A stretch of DNA of 63,096 bases, counting the filler, from Octopus bimaculoides (taxonomy: Eukaryota), in NCBI RefSeq assembly GCF_001194135.2. It is 6 parts of 5 records of this genome, joined end to end, with 100 filler letters (N's around TTAATTAATTAA, not from the genome) between each part and the next. Parts side by side here need not be neighbours in the genome. Positions count along the whole stretch, not along the records: positions 1 to 27,498 come from NC_068993.1; positions 27,599 to 41,280 come from NC_068981.1; 4 more parts are not named here. One strand, written 5' to 3'. Position numbers and translations under genes: made by a program. The notes beneath the pieces are model-generated. The model saw only the letters and a program-made list of their open reading frames with translations. It ran no database searches and was not told the origin of the DNA. The stretch's first letter is position 1. Every line of letters starts with the position of its first letter. Positions 25,770 to 39,074 of this stretch are shown here, piece by piece.

Positions 25770-26372
25770 ATCTCATACATTCCTTCGACCCCAGTACGCA
25801 AATGGTACTTAATTTATCGACCCGGAAAGGATGAAAGACAAAATCGACTTCGGTGGAATTTAAACTCAGAACGTAAAGACAGACGAAATACCGCTAAGCA
25901 TTTAACTCGGCGTGTTAACGTTTCTTATTTCTTTATTGACCATGAAGGGATTAACATAGAGGGGACAAACAAGGAAAGACAAAGGGATTAAGTCGATTAC
26001 ATCGACCTCAGTGCGTAACTGGTACTTAATTTATCGACCCCGAAAGGATGAAAGGCAAAGTAAACCTAGGCGGAATTTGAACTCAGAACATAAAGACAGA
26101 CGAAATACCGGTTGGCTTTTCGCCCGGCGTGCTAACGTTTCTTATTTCTTTACTGGCCACAAGAGTCTACACACAGAGGGGACAAGCATGGACAGACAAA
26201 GAGATTAAGTCGATTATTTCGACCACAGTGCGTAACTGGTACTTATTTAATCGACCCCGAAAGGATGAAAAGCAAACTCGATCTCAGGGGAATTTGAACT
26301 CAGAACATAAAGAGAGATGAAATAACGCTATGCATCTCGCCCGACGTGCCAACGTTTCTGCCAGGCTCGCCA
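25770..26372 (-). mobile_element. Tandem trimer of the Deu/Nin-like SINE
   Basis: Three consecutive units of about 218 bp (GTCGATTA.ATCGACC...AACTGGTACTTA...GAACTCAGAAC); only the rightmost retains the 5' head. Confidence 0.9.
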
Positions 26373-27498
26373 CCTTTGAAGCTCTTTGAATGTGGCTACA
26401 TGCTTAACTACGTCTCTTTGTGACTGACTTCAAATCGTGTCAGGGGAGCTTTTGTCTTCTATATTGAAGTGATCGATAAAGTAATACTGAGTTCCATTCA
26501 ATCAATTACACCCCTCTTTGAAATAGAATGTCCTTGTGCTAAATAAGAAAATAATTCCAGTTTAAAATTTGATTCAGAAGCCTACATTTTGTGTGATAGA
26601 TGTTAGTGAAAGATCTTTACCAAAAGTAAACTGTCAACACATTGAAAATTATCTTTCAGTGAGAAACAGAACTGGGTTACTGTGCGGCTTACTGACAATT
26701 CGACTTCTTAATTCTTCACGAATCATGTAAAATCCATATAGCTAACAGTCCATCCATACAGAACTAAACAACAACAAATACAACAACAAGAAGATGTGGC
26801 AAATTGTGGTGACATGTGTCCATTAACGACAGAGGATTAACATAATCCATTAAAAGCTTTGTTCGGAAATCTAGCGAAAGTGATATGTGAAATTTGGAAC
26901 GTCTTTGACAGCAAAATTCGTTTCTGAACTAAAACATGTGTTGGAACAATTAAATGGTATCCTATAGGTATTTTATCCAGATGTTGTTGTTGTGACAAAT
27001 AACGAAATAAGCTTCCTCTTCAATACCTCCTATTGATATTTGGTCTTTGTTGTGTGAGACTAGATTAATGATGATGATGATGATGATAGAAGTGGTGGTG
27101 GGGATGAGGAAGACAACAGTGACAATGAAAGTGGTGGATGTGGTGGTGGTGGTGGTGGTGATGGCGATGATGATGATGACGGCGATGATAACACTTGACG
27201 ACTTAAATCGATTACGATATTTCTCTCATTCTGGTTTTTTTCTTCATGCAGATTCTTGTTATTCTTGTTGTCGCTTGTAAATGTTGCTTTCTTCTACAAC
27301 TACTACATACTTCGCTATACACTTCCTCCTCTTCCTCCGCCTCCTCCTCCTCCTCCTCTTCCTCCTCTCTGTATCATCGTCATCATCATCATCATCATTT
27401 GCAGTAGTAGCAACAGAAGCAGTAGTAGTAGTAGGAGGAGGAGGAGGAGGAGGAGAGGAGGAGAGGGGAGGATAGGAGGAGGAGGATAGGAGGAGAGG

Positions 27499-27598
27499 NN
27501 NNNNNNNNNNNNNNNNNNNNNNNNNNNNNNNNNNNNNNNNNNTTAATTAATTAANNNNNNNNNNNNNNNNNNNNNNNNNNNNNNNNNNNNNNNNNNNN
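27499..27598. other. Assembly gap placeholder: 44 N + TTAATTAATTAA + 44 N (spacers also at 41325, 55075, 58704, 61228)
   Basis: The same 12-mer, with stops in all six frames, sits in the middle of 100-nt gaps five times. Confidence 0.95.
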
Positions 27599-27918
27599 GT
27601 TCCTGTCACTGTGTGAGCACGCGCTACTCTGTTCTTTTTTCTCTTCTGGCATCTGAAGCCTCGGGAAATGCTCATCAAAAGAACAAGACAAGCGTTCCAA
27701 AATTGTGTTTCTCGACATTATTCAAATGTCGAGAACGAAATTTTTGTATTTTGCGAGGGCCAAAACTGCCCCTGGGGGCCAATTCCTGCCTTTGAAAATA
27801 CACAGAAATGAAGCCTAGGTGCTTCGCAACAAAATTATTAAAAAATTCCAACAAAATGTGGGCAATAAAAGGTCAAAAAGAGGTTTACCTCTGCAGCCGA
27901 TGTGACAGCACGTCCGTC

Positions 27919-27963
<45 letters not shown>

Positions 27964-28913
27964 TCATACATATATAAATGTATGTATATGTGTGAATGTG
28001 TATGTATGTATGTATGTATGTATGTATGTATGTATGTACATGTATCTGATTGGTGTTTAGCATTTACTTTCATTGTAAAGCGAAGATACTTTTTTTAAAG
28101 ATAACTTATTCTTTTCGCCATCCCTTGCAACTGGAATCAGAGACTACTGGAAAATTATCAAACGCTACGCTAGCATTCAGATAATTCTTTAAATTTATCA
28201 GCAGAAAAGTCAGAAAAGTCAGATAATTCTTTAAATTTATCATCAGAAAACACCATGTTGAGGAAGCAGATTTGTCACTCGACAACACCGTGAAAAGTGG
28301 TATAATCCCCGGTCATGTGAACTTCGAATGCCCATGAATAGAACCATTAAAATATTTTTACATGCATACATACACACGACTTAATTGCCATATACATGCA
28401 GCTTGAAGTCCTATACGTACATATCTTTACCGACGTAAAGTGCTAATGGTTATGTGTATTATACAATATAAATACATCGCATACTTACATGTATATAAAA
28501 TATAATACAAAACTTGGTATATACACACATACTCTTAAATTTGCAATGTAATTTGTATTCGTTATAGTTATTTTCAATTACATTAACTTTATGGTGCTTT
28601 CTGTTTTCTTTTTAATCATTAATTCAACATTTCTAATTGTATTTATTTGTTTTAAGAATTTCTCTTCTGAACATTATAGCTTTCTTTTTTCATCTTCCAA
28701 ACTTTCAAAACGTTTTGCACCAATTATTCAATGGAATTATTTAAAGTGAATTTCTTATAGGTATTTTTTCATATCTCTTAACAAATCAACGTATACATAC
28801 ATACATACTTTATNNNNNNNNNNNNNNNNNNNNNNNNNNNNNNNNNNNNNNNNNNNNNNNNNNNNNNNNNNNNNNNNNNNNNNNNNNNNNNNNNNNNNNN
28901 NNNNNNNNNNNNN

Positions 28914-28951
<38 letters not shown>

Positions 28952-29059
28952 TAGACAGATTGTTGGATAGACAGACTGATAGACAGATTGCTAGACAGAC
29001 AGACAGAGAGACAGACAAACAGACAGGCAGACAGACAGGTAGACAGACAGGCAGGCAGG

Positions 29060-29101
<42 letters not shown>

Positions 29102-29394
29102 AATAGATAGATAGATAAATAGATAGATAGATAGAGAGATAGAGAGAGAGAGAGATCGACAGACAGATTCATTTACATATTCAGGAGAATATGTGATACT
29201 ATCAGACAAAAATATATTGATCTAGTGATGTTCTCATACCCGGTTTCATCAAACCTTTCCTAGTCTATTTTATGTTGCTACGCCTTACAAAGCAGTTACC
29301 AATGTAATAACATCGTATTTTTAAATTGAAGATTTAGATTTATGAAAGCATCAATCTCTAAGGGATATATAAACTTTTTAATGTTACCATCAGG

Positions 29395-29433
<39 letters not shown>

Positions 29434-29770
29434 NNNNNNNNNNNNNNNNNNNNNNNNNNNNNNNNNNNNNNNNNNNNNNNNNNNNNNNNNNNNNNNNNNN
29501 NNNNNNNNNNNNNNNNNNNNNNNNNNNNNNNNNNNNNNNNNNNNNNNNNNNNNNNNNNNNNNNNNNNNNNNNNNNNNNNNNNNNNNNNNNNNNNNNNNNN
29601 NNNNNNNNNNNNNNNNNNNNNNNNNNNNNNNNNNNNNNNNNNNNNNNNNNNNNNNNNNNNNNNNNNNNNNNNNNNNNNNNNNNNNNNNNNNNNNNNNNNN
29701 NNNNNNNNNNNNNNNNNNNNNNNNNNNNNNNNNNNNNNNNNNNNNNNNNNNNNNNNNNNNNNNNNNNNNN

Positions 29771-29804
<34 letters not shown>

Positions 29805-30448
29805 TAAATTATATGAACGCGTGTAATTGAAATGTTTCCAAGCAGAAAAAATAAATAATTTTCCGCCATTTTTCTTATAGTCTACTGCATGTAAAAGACG
29901 TTGATATAAACATACGAATGTGAAGCCTCATGACTGTTTGCCTACTGCAACAGACTAATGCCAAAACTACCAATTACACAGGGTTATAACTATTGCAAAA
30001 AAATGATAATCTTTCTCAGAAATATAGTTTAATGACGTTAGTGTTATAAACCGCAAAAACAAAATTTTGCAACCTCAACCAAATTCAAACACGTTTTCGT
30101 ATATACAACTGGTTGTAGTTTAGCATTAAACTTGAGAGCAATAGCTTAAAGTAATAGTCGTATAATTTTATTAATTCTCTACTAATCCTGCTACTTCTTG
30201 GATTTCCGAAACAAGCATAAGATAACACCACTCCGCCAGACGTCATAATTATTGATTGTTTACTAGTCTATAAATGCAGGAAATATTATCCTGGGAGCAT
30301 GTAAATATATACTGACAGGTTTTTTTATCAGTTTCTTTAACAAACAATTTAAAAGGTGACCCGAACCAAATGACGAGGCACCTCTAACAATGTTTGTAGT
30401 CAAGTGTTTGATGGTATAACTGTACACATGCTTTTGTATGTGTAGATG

Positions 30449-30570
30449 TACAAGAGGTGTTTCAAATGTTTTGAGCTTCATTATAAAATAGAAATCGAAT
30501 AAAATAAACGTATCGTTTTCTTGCTGACATTAAATATATCGGGCTCAAAACTTTTGGAACACACTTCGTA
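30449..30570. mobile_element. Short mariner-type MITE
   Basis: TA-flanked TIRs TACAAGAGGTGTTTCAAATGTTTTGAGC ... GCTCAAAACTTTTGGAACACACTTCGTA. Confidence 0.7.
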
Positions 30571-31193
30571 TGCACTTATATACGTTGTTGATGTTGTTTC
30601 TGTTGTTGCTGTTGTTATTTAACCCAAGGTAGGTACTAATCAGACTGACCGATGATCAAATGTATTCTTGCCGTAATCATCCCGTAATTTTAAGAATATA
30701 ACATTCATTTTTCTACATCTTTAAGACGGCAGAGAGTGATTTGAGGGAGAATTTGACTAATATTTTAAACAGTTTGAGCAATCACATACAAGCTCCATTG
30801 TTGTTGTTATTCTTGGCTCCATGTTAATTCTGATCTAGAATACTCTTGACCAAAGACCCTCTAGCAGTAATCATGCCACATTTACCTGTGTAGAGAACCC
30901 AAGACTAAACTGTCAAATGTGTCCTTTTCTAAGATGACTTGTCAAAGATATTGCAGCTATTTCTAGCGAAAGTGATCAAATTGGATCAGACTGCAGAAGC
31001 AACAAAATGGCTCCAGCGCCGAGAGTTTCGTACATTGGCAGTTACCAAATTTGATAAGTACCAATGTATGAAATTCTCGGTCCTCGAGTCACTTTGTTGC
31101 TTTCCCTAAATATCAATATGTGCGTTTGTGTGTGTATGTATGTATATCTATGTATATATACATGTGTATACATATATATGTACATATATATGT

Positions 31194-31293
<100 letters not shown>

Positions 31294-31300
31294 ATATATG

Positions 31301-31347
<47 letters not shown>

Positions 31348-31859
31348 GTATATATATATACATGTATATATATGTATATATATATATGTATATGTACATA
31401 TACATGTATATGTATGTATATATGTATATATGTATATATATATATATANNNNNNNNNNNNNNNNNNNNNNNNNNNNNNNNNNNNNNNNNNNNNNNNNNNN
31501 NNNNNNNNNNNNNNNNNNNNNNNNNNNNNNNNNNNNNNNNNNNNNNNNNNNNNNNNNNNNNNNNNNNNNNNNNNNNNNNNNNNNNTATATGTATGTATAT
31601 ATGTATGTATATATGTATATATATATATATATACGGATGTATGTATGTATGTATATGTGTGTGTGCGTGTGTGTATGCTAAACAAATATTTACAAAATAT
31701 ATTTGCATTCAGTATTTTGTGAAAATGTAATTTCCAAATTTAAGTCAATTTAAGCCTGTTAAATATCCAACAGTATAACAGAATCATCGCTTCAAATATA
31801 GCACTTATTGATTACAAACAAAGGCACAAGTTTTCAAATTTGGGGAAAAGGAACAGTCA

Positions 31860-32015
31860 TTTGTATAGAACCCTTGTAATCGACTGACATTTTAGCTTAT
31901 CGATCCCGGAAGGATGAAATCTAAATTTGACCTCAGTGTGAATTGAATTCAAAGCAAAATTGCCGCAACTGAATGCTGCAAAGCATTTTGTCCCACGCTC
32001 TAACCTTTGCGTCAG
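31860..32015 (-). mobile_element. tRNA-derived SINE with Deu/Nin-like domain
   Basis: TGTAATCGAC...TTATCGATCCCGGAAGGATGAAA...TTTGACCTCAG...GCATTTTGTCCCACGCTCTAAC. Confidence 0.7.
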
Positions 32016-32189
32016 TTAGTGATTGGATGTGACCTCTTATAATGCGCAAATACTGTAGTTGTAACTCACGCATAGTTTTCATACAAAATGGTGTTTCTAC
32101 GTAAAACAATAACGTGTTGAAGATTGAAAACATTTCAAGTTTTCACTGTCAAAACCAAATTTCTCAGCAAACTGAAAATTGGTAGAGAT

Positions 32190-32415
32190 CGGAGGAGGAG
32201 GAGTAGGAAGAAGAAGAAGAAGAAGAAGAAGAAGAAGAAGAAGAAGAAGAAGAAGAAGAAGAAGAAGAAGAAGAAGAAGAAGGAGGAGGAGGAGAAGGGG
32301 AGAAGAGGGGAGAAGAAGAAGGAGGAGGGGAGAAGAAGAAGGAGGAGGGGAGAAGAAGAAGGAGGAGGGGAGAAGAAGAAGGAGGAGAAGAAGAAGAAGA
32401 AGAAGAAGAAGAAGG
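32190..32415 (+). repeat. Near-pure purine tract: (GAA)n grading into a 20-bp unit AGAAGAAGAAGGAGGAGGGG
   Basis: Read directly. Confidence 0.95.
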
Positions 32416-32424
32416 CACAGGTCC

Positions 32425-32612
32425 TGGAGTTTGGTGGAATGGGGATAGTCGATTACATCGATCACTGTGCATGTCTTGTGCTTATTTCATCGACTCCGAA
32501 GAACGAAAGGCAAAGGTGACCTCAACGAAATTTGAGCTCAGAACGTAATGCCAGAAGAAATGCCGTTAAGTATTTTCTCCGATACGCTAACGTTTCCGCC
32601 AGCTCGCTGCCT
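32425..32612 (-). mobile_element. tRNA-derived SINE with Deu/Nin-like domain
   Basis: GTCGATTACATCGA...GAAAGGCAAAGGTGACCTC...TTTGAGCTCAGAACGTAA...GCTAACGTTTCCGCCAGC. Confidence 0.8.
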
Positions 32613-33485
32613 AACCACAGCATCATGTGAACGTTATTTTAAATGAAAACGAGACTCTCCTTTTTAGAAAGTTACAAATTATGATAGGCAGAAACACAGC
32701 AAACTTTCAGATTTGTTTTTGTTTCGTTTTGCTTTGTGTTGTTTTTGTTTTGTTTTGTTTTTTTTTTCTTTTTCTTTTTCTATTCTATTCTTTTTCTTCT
32801 AGAAAACGAGATACAGCTTTCTGTAACATTTGACATTTTCGAAAAAACCTTTAGCGGCTGTGTTCATTCCAAATGCAATAAAACCAGTAATATTCCAACA
32901 ATTACACTCACACCTTCCAGTTGAAATACGCTTTGAAAAAAAATTCTTCTAAAATAGTATAGCCAAGAAATATTATGCGCCTAGTATAATTTCCTGGTTA
33001 TTGGAATATTAATTGCACCCAGGTTGCCTTTACTGGTTCGCTGATGGCCTTCTTTCTTGAATTCCTTGCACTTGCTGTCTTCAGAATCTGGTGTCAGTGC
33101 TTCAGTCTGGGAAACGCTATCTCGGGTGGACATTTGCTACGCAAGACTTCATTTACTTGTATGATAAACTAAACGACAGCATAGATCACGCATGAAAATT
33201 ACAAATTTGGCATCGTCACATGTTTAACACATACACATACATGCATGTATGTGTGTGTGTGTGTGTGTGTGTGTTTGTGTGTGTGTGCACTCGCACATCT
33301 ACACACACACTCACACACACAAACACACACACATATGTATGTATGTATGCAAATATATACGTATGTATATATTTATATATCTATGAGCATTTTTATTGAC
33401 ATTTAGCAGAAACAAAAGAGTGACACAAGGGCCGAGAGTTTCGTGCGTTGGCACTTATCAATCGACAAACCAACATCTATGAATA

Positions 33486-33486
33486 T

Positions 33487-33529
<43 letters not shown>

Positions 33530-33568
33530 GAGAGAGAGAGAGAGACAGAGAGAGAGAGAGAGACAGAC

Positions 33569-33628
<60 letters not shown>

Positions 33629-33653
33629 GATCGGATGGATATATGGATGGATG

Positions 33654-33695
<42 letters not shown>

Positions 33696-33708
33696 TAGAC
33701 AGACAGAC

Positions 33709-33771
<63 letters not shown>

Positions 33772-33773
33772 CT
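33486..33773 (+). repeat. Compound microsatellite (GA)n/(GATA)n/(GACA)n; representative of dozens of (TA)n, (CA)n, (TACA)n, (GATA)n, (GTT)n and (TAA)n tracts in the window
   Basis: Read directly. Confidence 0.95.
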
Positions 33774-33824
33774 TTTTATTATGGCCACACAGGGCTAAAT
33801 ACAGAAAATGGACAAAATACAATG

Positions 33825-33873
<49 letters not shown>

Positions 33874-34204
33874 NNNNNNNNNNNNNNNNNNNNNNNNNNN
33901 NNNNNNNNNNNNNNNNNNNNNNNNNNNNNNNNNNNNNNNNNNNNNNNNNNNNNNNNNNNNNNNNNNNNNNNNNNNNNNNNNNNNNNNNNNNNNNNNAATT
34001 TTTTTTTTTTTTTTTTTTGCAACAGAAGCTATATATTTACATTAAAAATTTCTAGATAAGCTGCTGCAGCTGCAATTCATTTGGACTCTCGGTAGTTGAA
34101 GGTTCTGCAATTGTTGCTGTATAACCAGAGCAGATGATTTGTTAAAGTAATCAATTGTTATTTGGCTGCACATTAAACTCACTCCCTCCATTAAATTATA
34201 ATTG

Positions 34205-34365
34205 ACTGTGCAGGTGCATCGTGGGCCACACATCAGATGCCGAAGTGATCGCAGTGCAACATAAGGTGAAGTCTTTTGTTCCACCTAGTTCGGGAATCGA
34301 AAGCACGATCTTGTGATTGTTAGTACAACGCCCTACCCAACATACCACGCACCCTCACATTTCCT
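34205..34365 (-). mobile_element. Decayed tRNA-headed SINE
   Basis: CGGGAATCGAAAGCACGATC...AACGCCCTACCCAACATACCACG reads as degenerate reverse B and A boxes; related to 47410-47750. Confidence 0.5.
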
Positions 34366-34818
34366 ATTCAGTCATAGATACCTCGGTTGATTTCAGATTA
34401 ATGATATGAGTTAGCATGAATCGATTAGAAAATATCGAGTATATAATGATTCGTTGAAGTGGAGATTAAAAGGTTTTTTGGTAGACGAGAGTTCTTCGAT
34501 GATGAAAAAAATGCAGTGAGAAATAAGAATAAAATAGTGCAATGTCAAGGACTAAACTAGAGGTGAAGCGGGATGCGAGTACCTTGCTTATATTTAAATG
34601 CAGCACTGAATTAAGAATAATCTCATTAGCCCTCATTAGAGCCGTATGGTCAAGAAGTTTGTTTTATCACACCGTGGCTTCTGATTCGTTACTATTTCGT
34701 GGCACTTTCACCAAGTGTCTCCTATTTTAATCTGGAAACTATGATTGAGACGGAAATTGTGCGAAATGCCGTCTTTTATATTCGTATATGAGTGTGCGTA
34801 CGTGTGTATGTGTATGTG

Positions 34819-35047
34819 TGTTCTTTTACAAGTGAATATAGTATCGTCCCTTTAGGTCAAAAGAAAAACTTAACCATTTGATAACTTGTGTCGACGCCCC
34901 AGACGAAGAAGTAGGATCTCCCAAGACATATAAATAGAAGTAGTCTGGCCGTGGTAGGAGTGTTGAGTAGGAGTCGAGTAGCAGTTGTGTAGCGGTTGAG
35001 TAGAGATCATCCGAAGGTGCTAGATAGCAGTAGCTTGAGACGTAACA
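34819..35047. mobile_element. Possible solo LTR
   Basis: TGTT...AACA termini, internal TATAAATA, GC-richer than the flanks; no clear TSD. Confidence 0.3.
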
Positions 35048-35641
35048 TAACAAAAGTTCGATAAAATAAGTACTAAGCTGAAATACGTACTGTGGTCGAT
35101 ATAACTGACTAAATGCTCTCTTAAATCCGATGTCCTTGTATGGTTGACGTCCAATGACTTGCAGAAAATACCCTGGAAATTACAGGATTATTTTGCAAGT
35201 TATAAGACTGCTGGCGGTTTAAAGATAACTATGAAACACATAATATCGTTTAGATTGCTTTAGCTCTGAAGCGTTTGAATATTAATATGTGCTAAAGCAA
35301 GTGGATAGTACTGAAGTTGAGATCTTAAGAAAAGACATATTTGAAAGCTATATCATTTAGCATCCCCTGACATTTTTTCCACCCTGAGTATTATTATTTA
35401 TCATTGTAACCTTTACGTCATGAATCTTATCTATAAAACGAAATCGAAGACATAAATTATTTGTAGTATTATTCTACTATATTGTGAGTACGTTAGCGAA
35501 GCTTTTATAAATCTTAGTATCCTCTACTATACTGCCTTATTTTCATATTAGAGGAAACTCTATTTGACTTTATTTGAACCTACAGTCACAGCAGACGAAA
35601 AACAGCAGCCGCCTATTGAGATGTGGATTCTAAAAACAGAG

Positions 35642-35681
<40 letters not shown>

Positions 35682-35702
35682 GTATATATTAGAGAGAGAG
35701 AG

Positions 35703-35764
<62 letters not shown>

Positions 35765-36676
35765 CGAGACATACATACGTAAAATACATATATAGATATA
35801 TACATACAGTGTGTGTGGATGTGAATGTGGGTGTATGCACGTATGTATGGGTGTGCTGTCTTATAAATTATGTATACAATGTAAATGTCTGTATAATAGA
35901 TTGTCTATTTCCATTGTAAAGACTTTATATATATAGAATGCAGTAGGAAAATATACATTAAACAAAGCAAAAAAAGATAATAAACTGACAACTGACCTTT
36001 TAACGATATTAAGAATTTAAACATTATAATAATTAAAATACTACATAATCAATAAATATTTTGATTAAAAAATCCACACTTCTAGACGTTCGTATTAAAG
36101 GGTTTCAAAAGCTGCATAAAACCTGACAGCTGCAGGTTTCTGGACTAAAAAGATGTCGGTAATGTTAAGAAGTACTTTTACTCTGTAATATATCGACTTT
36201 ATTATTGTTCATGGACGTGCAAACGATCATGGAGTGCATCTCTTGCAGGTCAGAACATAAATGATCAATTTATTTTAACTCAAGTTTCATATGTACATAT
36301 ATGAGTGTTTGTATGAGCGTAAATGTTTAAAGATGCCTTCTTCCCTCTTTCCCAGAAGTCTGAAAAAACTTGTAAAGAAGCATGGATGCTGCCTTTCCTC
36401 ATGACTAACTGCCAAAAGATACAACATGTCAATGAACAACTTAAAACAAATAAAAAAGAACAAATAGGATCACCAAAATTTGTGAAATAATTGCATCACC
36501 CCGACAGAATCCATATTGGCGTGTGTTCATTTCTTTAGCAATAGTCATGAAGTTAAGATGTGCTTGAAAGTTATCGAGAAATTAAAGTTCCAAATGATAC
36601 CATTGTTTTACCAAGGAGAAAACAGAGAGGGGCATACATCTGTATGAGTTACAAGCATCCTACCAGCATAATAGGA

Positions 36677-36915
36677 CTATCCATCCATTTCTCCGCCAGA
36701 TAGCCTTGTGTGGGTTGTAGCGGTACAGTCATCAAGCACCCCTTCCAAGGTCCTGTCAGAAGGAACTGCCATTACACCTTCTGGTTGGATTCCCAAGCGT
36801 GACCGACTGAGACTATGGATATTATCCAGCCATCTTCTTCTTAGTACCCTAGCTCGCCTGTCGGTTGGATCAACTTCAAGAATCCGTCTTACGCTTCTTT
36901 GATATATATATAGTG
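36677..36915 (-). mobile_element. RTE-like LINE 3' end
   Basis: ORF 36677-36946: VRRILEVDPTDRRARVLRRRWLDNIHSLSRSRLGIQPEGVMAVPSDRTL is a typical RTE C-terminus. Confidence 0.55.
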
Positions 36916-36929
36916 AACGATTTGACCAA

Positions 36930-37770
36930 TATACAGGGAAGGACAAGGAGAGCAGGAGATGCAGTAAATTACATTATTAGAGGTGCAGGTAAAGGAGTCG
37001 ATGACATAAGGAGGGTGATGGGTACCTGTGAGGATGGTAGTGATGGAGAGGTAGGGCAGGTGTGACAGCGTGGGCGGGTACTGAGAAGTGGGAGTAAGGA
37101 AGAAACTGTGGAACAGGAGATCACGCAAATTATGGGCTCGTTTGAAGGAAGGAAGGAAGGAAGGAAGGAAGGGATAGGTTAGGAAAAATGTGGATACGGT
37201 CGAGGTATTTGGAGATCATTTCTGTGGAGACGATGGGGGAAGGGTTGTTGGGCTTGTGGATTTGGGGAAGGAAGTAAATAGTGGGGGGCGTGGAATACGG
37301 ACAATGAGTTTGGAGGTGGTGGGAGGGATACGGGAGGAGGAAGTAAGGGAATGATGATGAAGGCGGAGGAAGGCTAGGAATAAAGAGAGGAGGAAGTGGG
37401 ATGTGGGAGGGTTGGAGTAATGGAAGGGTCGAAGTGAGGATGAGAAGGAGTGGATCAACGAGGGAGGGATAGGGGTGGGTGTAGTGGCATCGGGTAGGGC
37501 AGGATGAAAGAGTGAGTGGAGTTCGTGTTGTTTTGTGCGAGTGAGAAAGTCGTGAAAAATGTGGAAGGTGTAACGGATGGTGAGCAGCAGGAAAAAAGTG
37601 GAATAAGCGAGAGGCGGTCGAGGGTGTGTATTTTGGAGACATAAAAATGAATGATGGCACGCATAAGGCGGTAGAAAATGGTGCAGGTATGGGTAAAATG
37701 GCAGAATGAAAAGTAGAGTAGAAATGGAGGCGGAAATCTTTGCGGGGATGAGGTAGTGATGAAGGCAGCG
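36930..37770 (-). mobile_element. Penelope-like element remnant (end of RT/linker plus GIY-YIG)
   Basis: ORF 36889-37128: VIDSFTCTSNNVIYCISCSPCPSLYIGQ is a PLE GIY-YIG motif. Confidence 0.8.
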
Positions 37771-37921
37771 ACTGAGAAAGGAAACATGATCTACCCGATG
37801 TCTATGGATACTATGTACTGCACTGTCATCATCCCAGGAGTACGGACTATGATCTTAAGAAACGTGATTTGTGGAAATGCTCGTTATGATGCATTAAAAT
37901 ATTTATTAATTCTATCCAAGG

Positions 37922-37965
<44 letters not shown>

Positions 37966-38789
37966 ATTTATTCTACATTATATCAGCACAGCTCGGTGTG
38001 ACCCCGAATATTCAAAACTGGTATCGCCAGTTGGCATCATTAGTCTGTAGCCCTCATAATAGAATAGGAGCTTTTATACGCATATTAAAAACGTCTCCCG
38101 TAAACGAACTTAAAGGGTATNNNNNNNNNNNNNNNNNNNNNNNNNNNNNNNNNNNNNNNNNNNNNNNNNNNNNNNNNNNNNNNNNNNNNNNNNNNNNNNN
38201 NNNNNNNNNNNNNNNNNNNNNNNNNNNNNNNNNNNNNNNNNNNNNNNNNNNNNNNNNNNNNNNNNNNNNNNNNNNNNNNNNNNNNNNNNNNNNNNNNNNN
38301 NNNNNNNNNNNNNNNNNNNNNNNNNNNNNNNNNNNNNNNNNNNNNNNNNNNNNNNNNNNNNNNNNNNNNNNNNNNNNNNNNNNNNNNNNNNNNNNNNNNN
38401 NNNNNNNNNNNNNNNNNNNNNNNNNNNNNNNNNNNNNNNNNNNNNNNNNNNNNNNNNNNNNNNNNNNNNNNNNNNNNNNNNNNNNNNNNNNNNNNNNNNN
38501 NNNNNNNNNNNNNNNNNNNNNNNNNNNNNNNNNNNNNNNNNNNNNNNNNNNNNNNNNNNNNNNNNNNNNNNNNNNNNNNNNNNNNNNNNNNNNNNNNNNN
38601 NGGGGCTTAATTGTTTTAAAGTACCATTGATGATTCTACTCAATTATGATTATTGAGGGAAAGATTGCTATAAGTTGAAAACCAACCAATCAATTTGCAA
38701 CTGGACAGAAAGCCTTGCCTAGAGTATTGCAGCACTCTGAGAAGTGGGTAACAATAGAATGTGAGGTGGCCCTGAAAAAGTTGTTTTAT

Positions 38790-39015
38790 TGTTCTCACAA
38801 TTGTAACAATGTCTTAGCAATGCAGATGACTTAAGACACGCACGTACTGTATCAGCTCTATTCCCCTTGGGAATAACTGGCAGTGTTTGCCTGAAGTCCC
38901 CTGAAAGAAGAAGTGTTATGCCTCCCATGGGCACTGTAGAGTCTTTGATGTCTTTCAGAGATCTATGTAGCGCCTCAAGAGCACCTCTGTGGGCCATTGT
39001 ACAGAACGCACAGAG
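38790..39015 (-). mobile_element. Helitron PIF1-like helicase fragment
   Basis: CTMAHRGALEALHRSLKDIKDSTVPMGGITLLLSGDFRQTLPVIPKGNRADTVRACLKSS covers the PIF1 motif II-III region. Confidence 0.85.
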
Positions 39016-39074
39016 ATGGTATAAGCCATCCCTTCCCACGCTCTAACAATTCCACTTATCTCCTCGTCTCGACC

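Noticed and set aside
25770-26372. CRISPR-like periodic repeats
   Set aside because: The whole unit of about 218 bp is repeated with no unique spacers, it is a SINE multimer, and the context is eukaryotic.
27543-27554. Recurrent palindromic TTAATTAATTAA motif (five copies)
   Set aside because: It is always centred between two runs of 44 N, so it is an assembly gap spacer and not biology.
32124-32519. Poly-Lys/Arg/Glu protein ORFs
   Set aside because: They are translations of the (GAA)n/(GGA)n tract.
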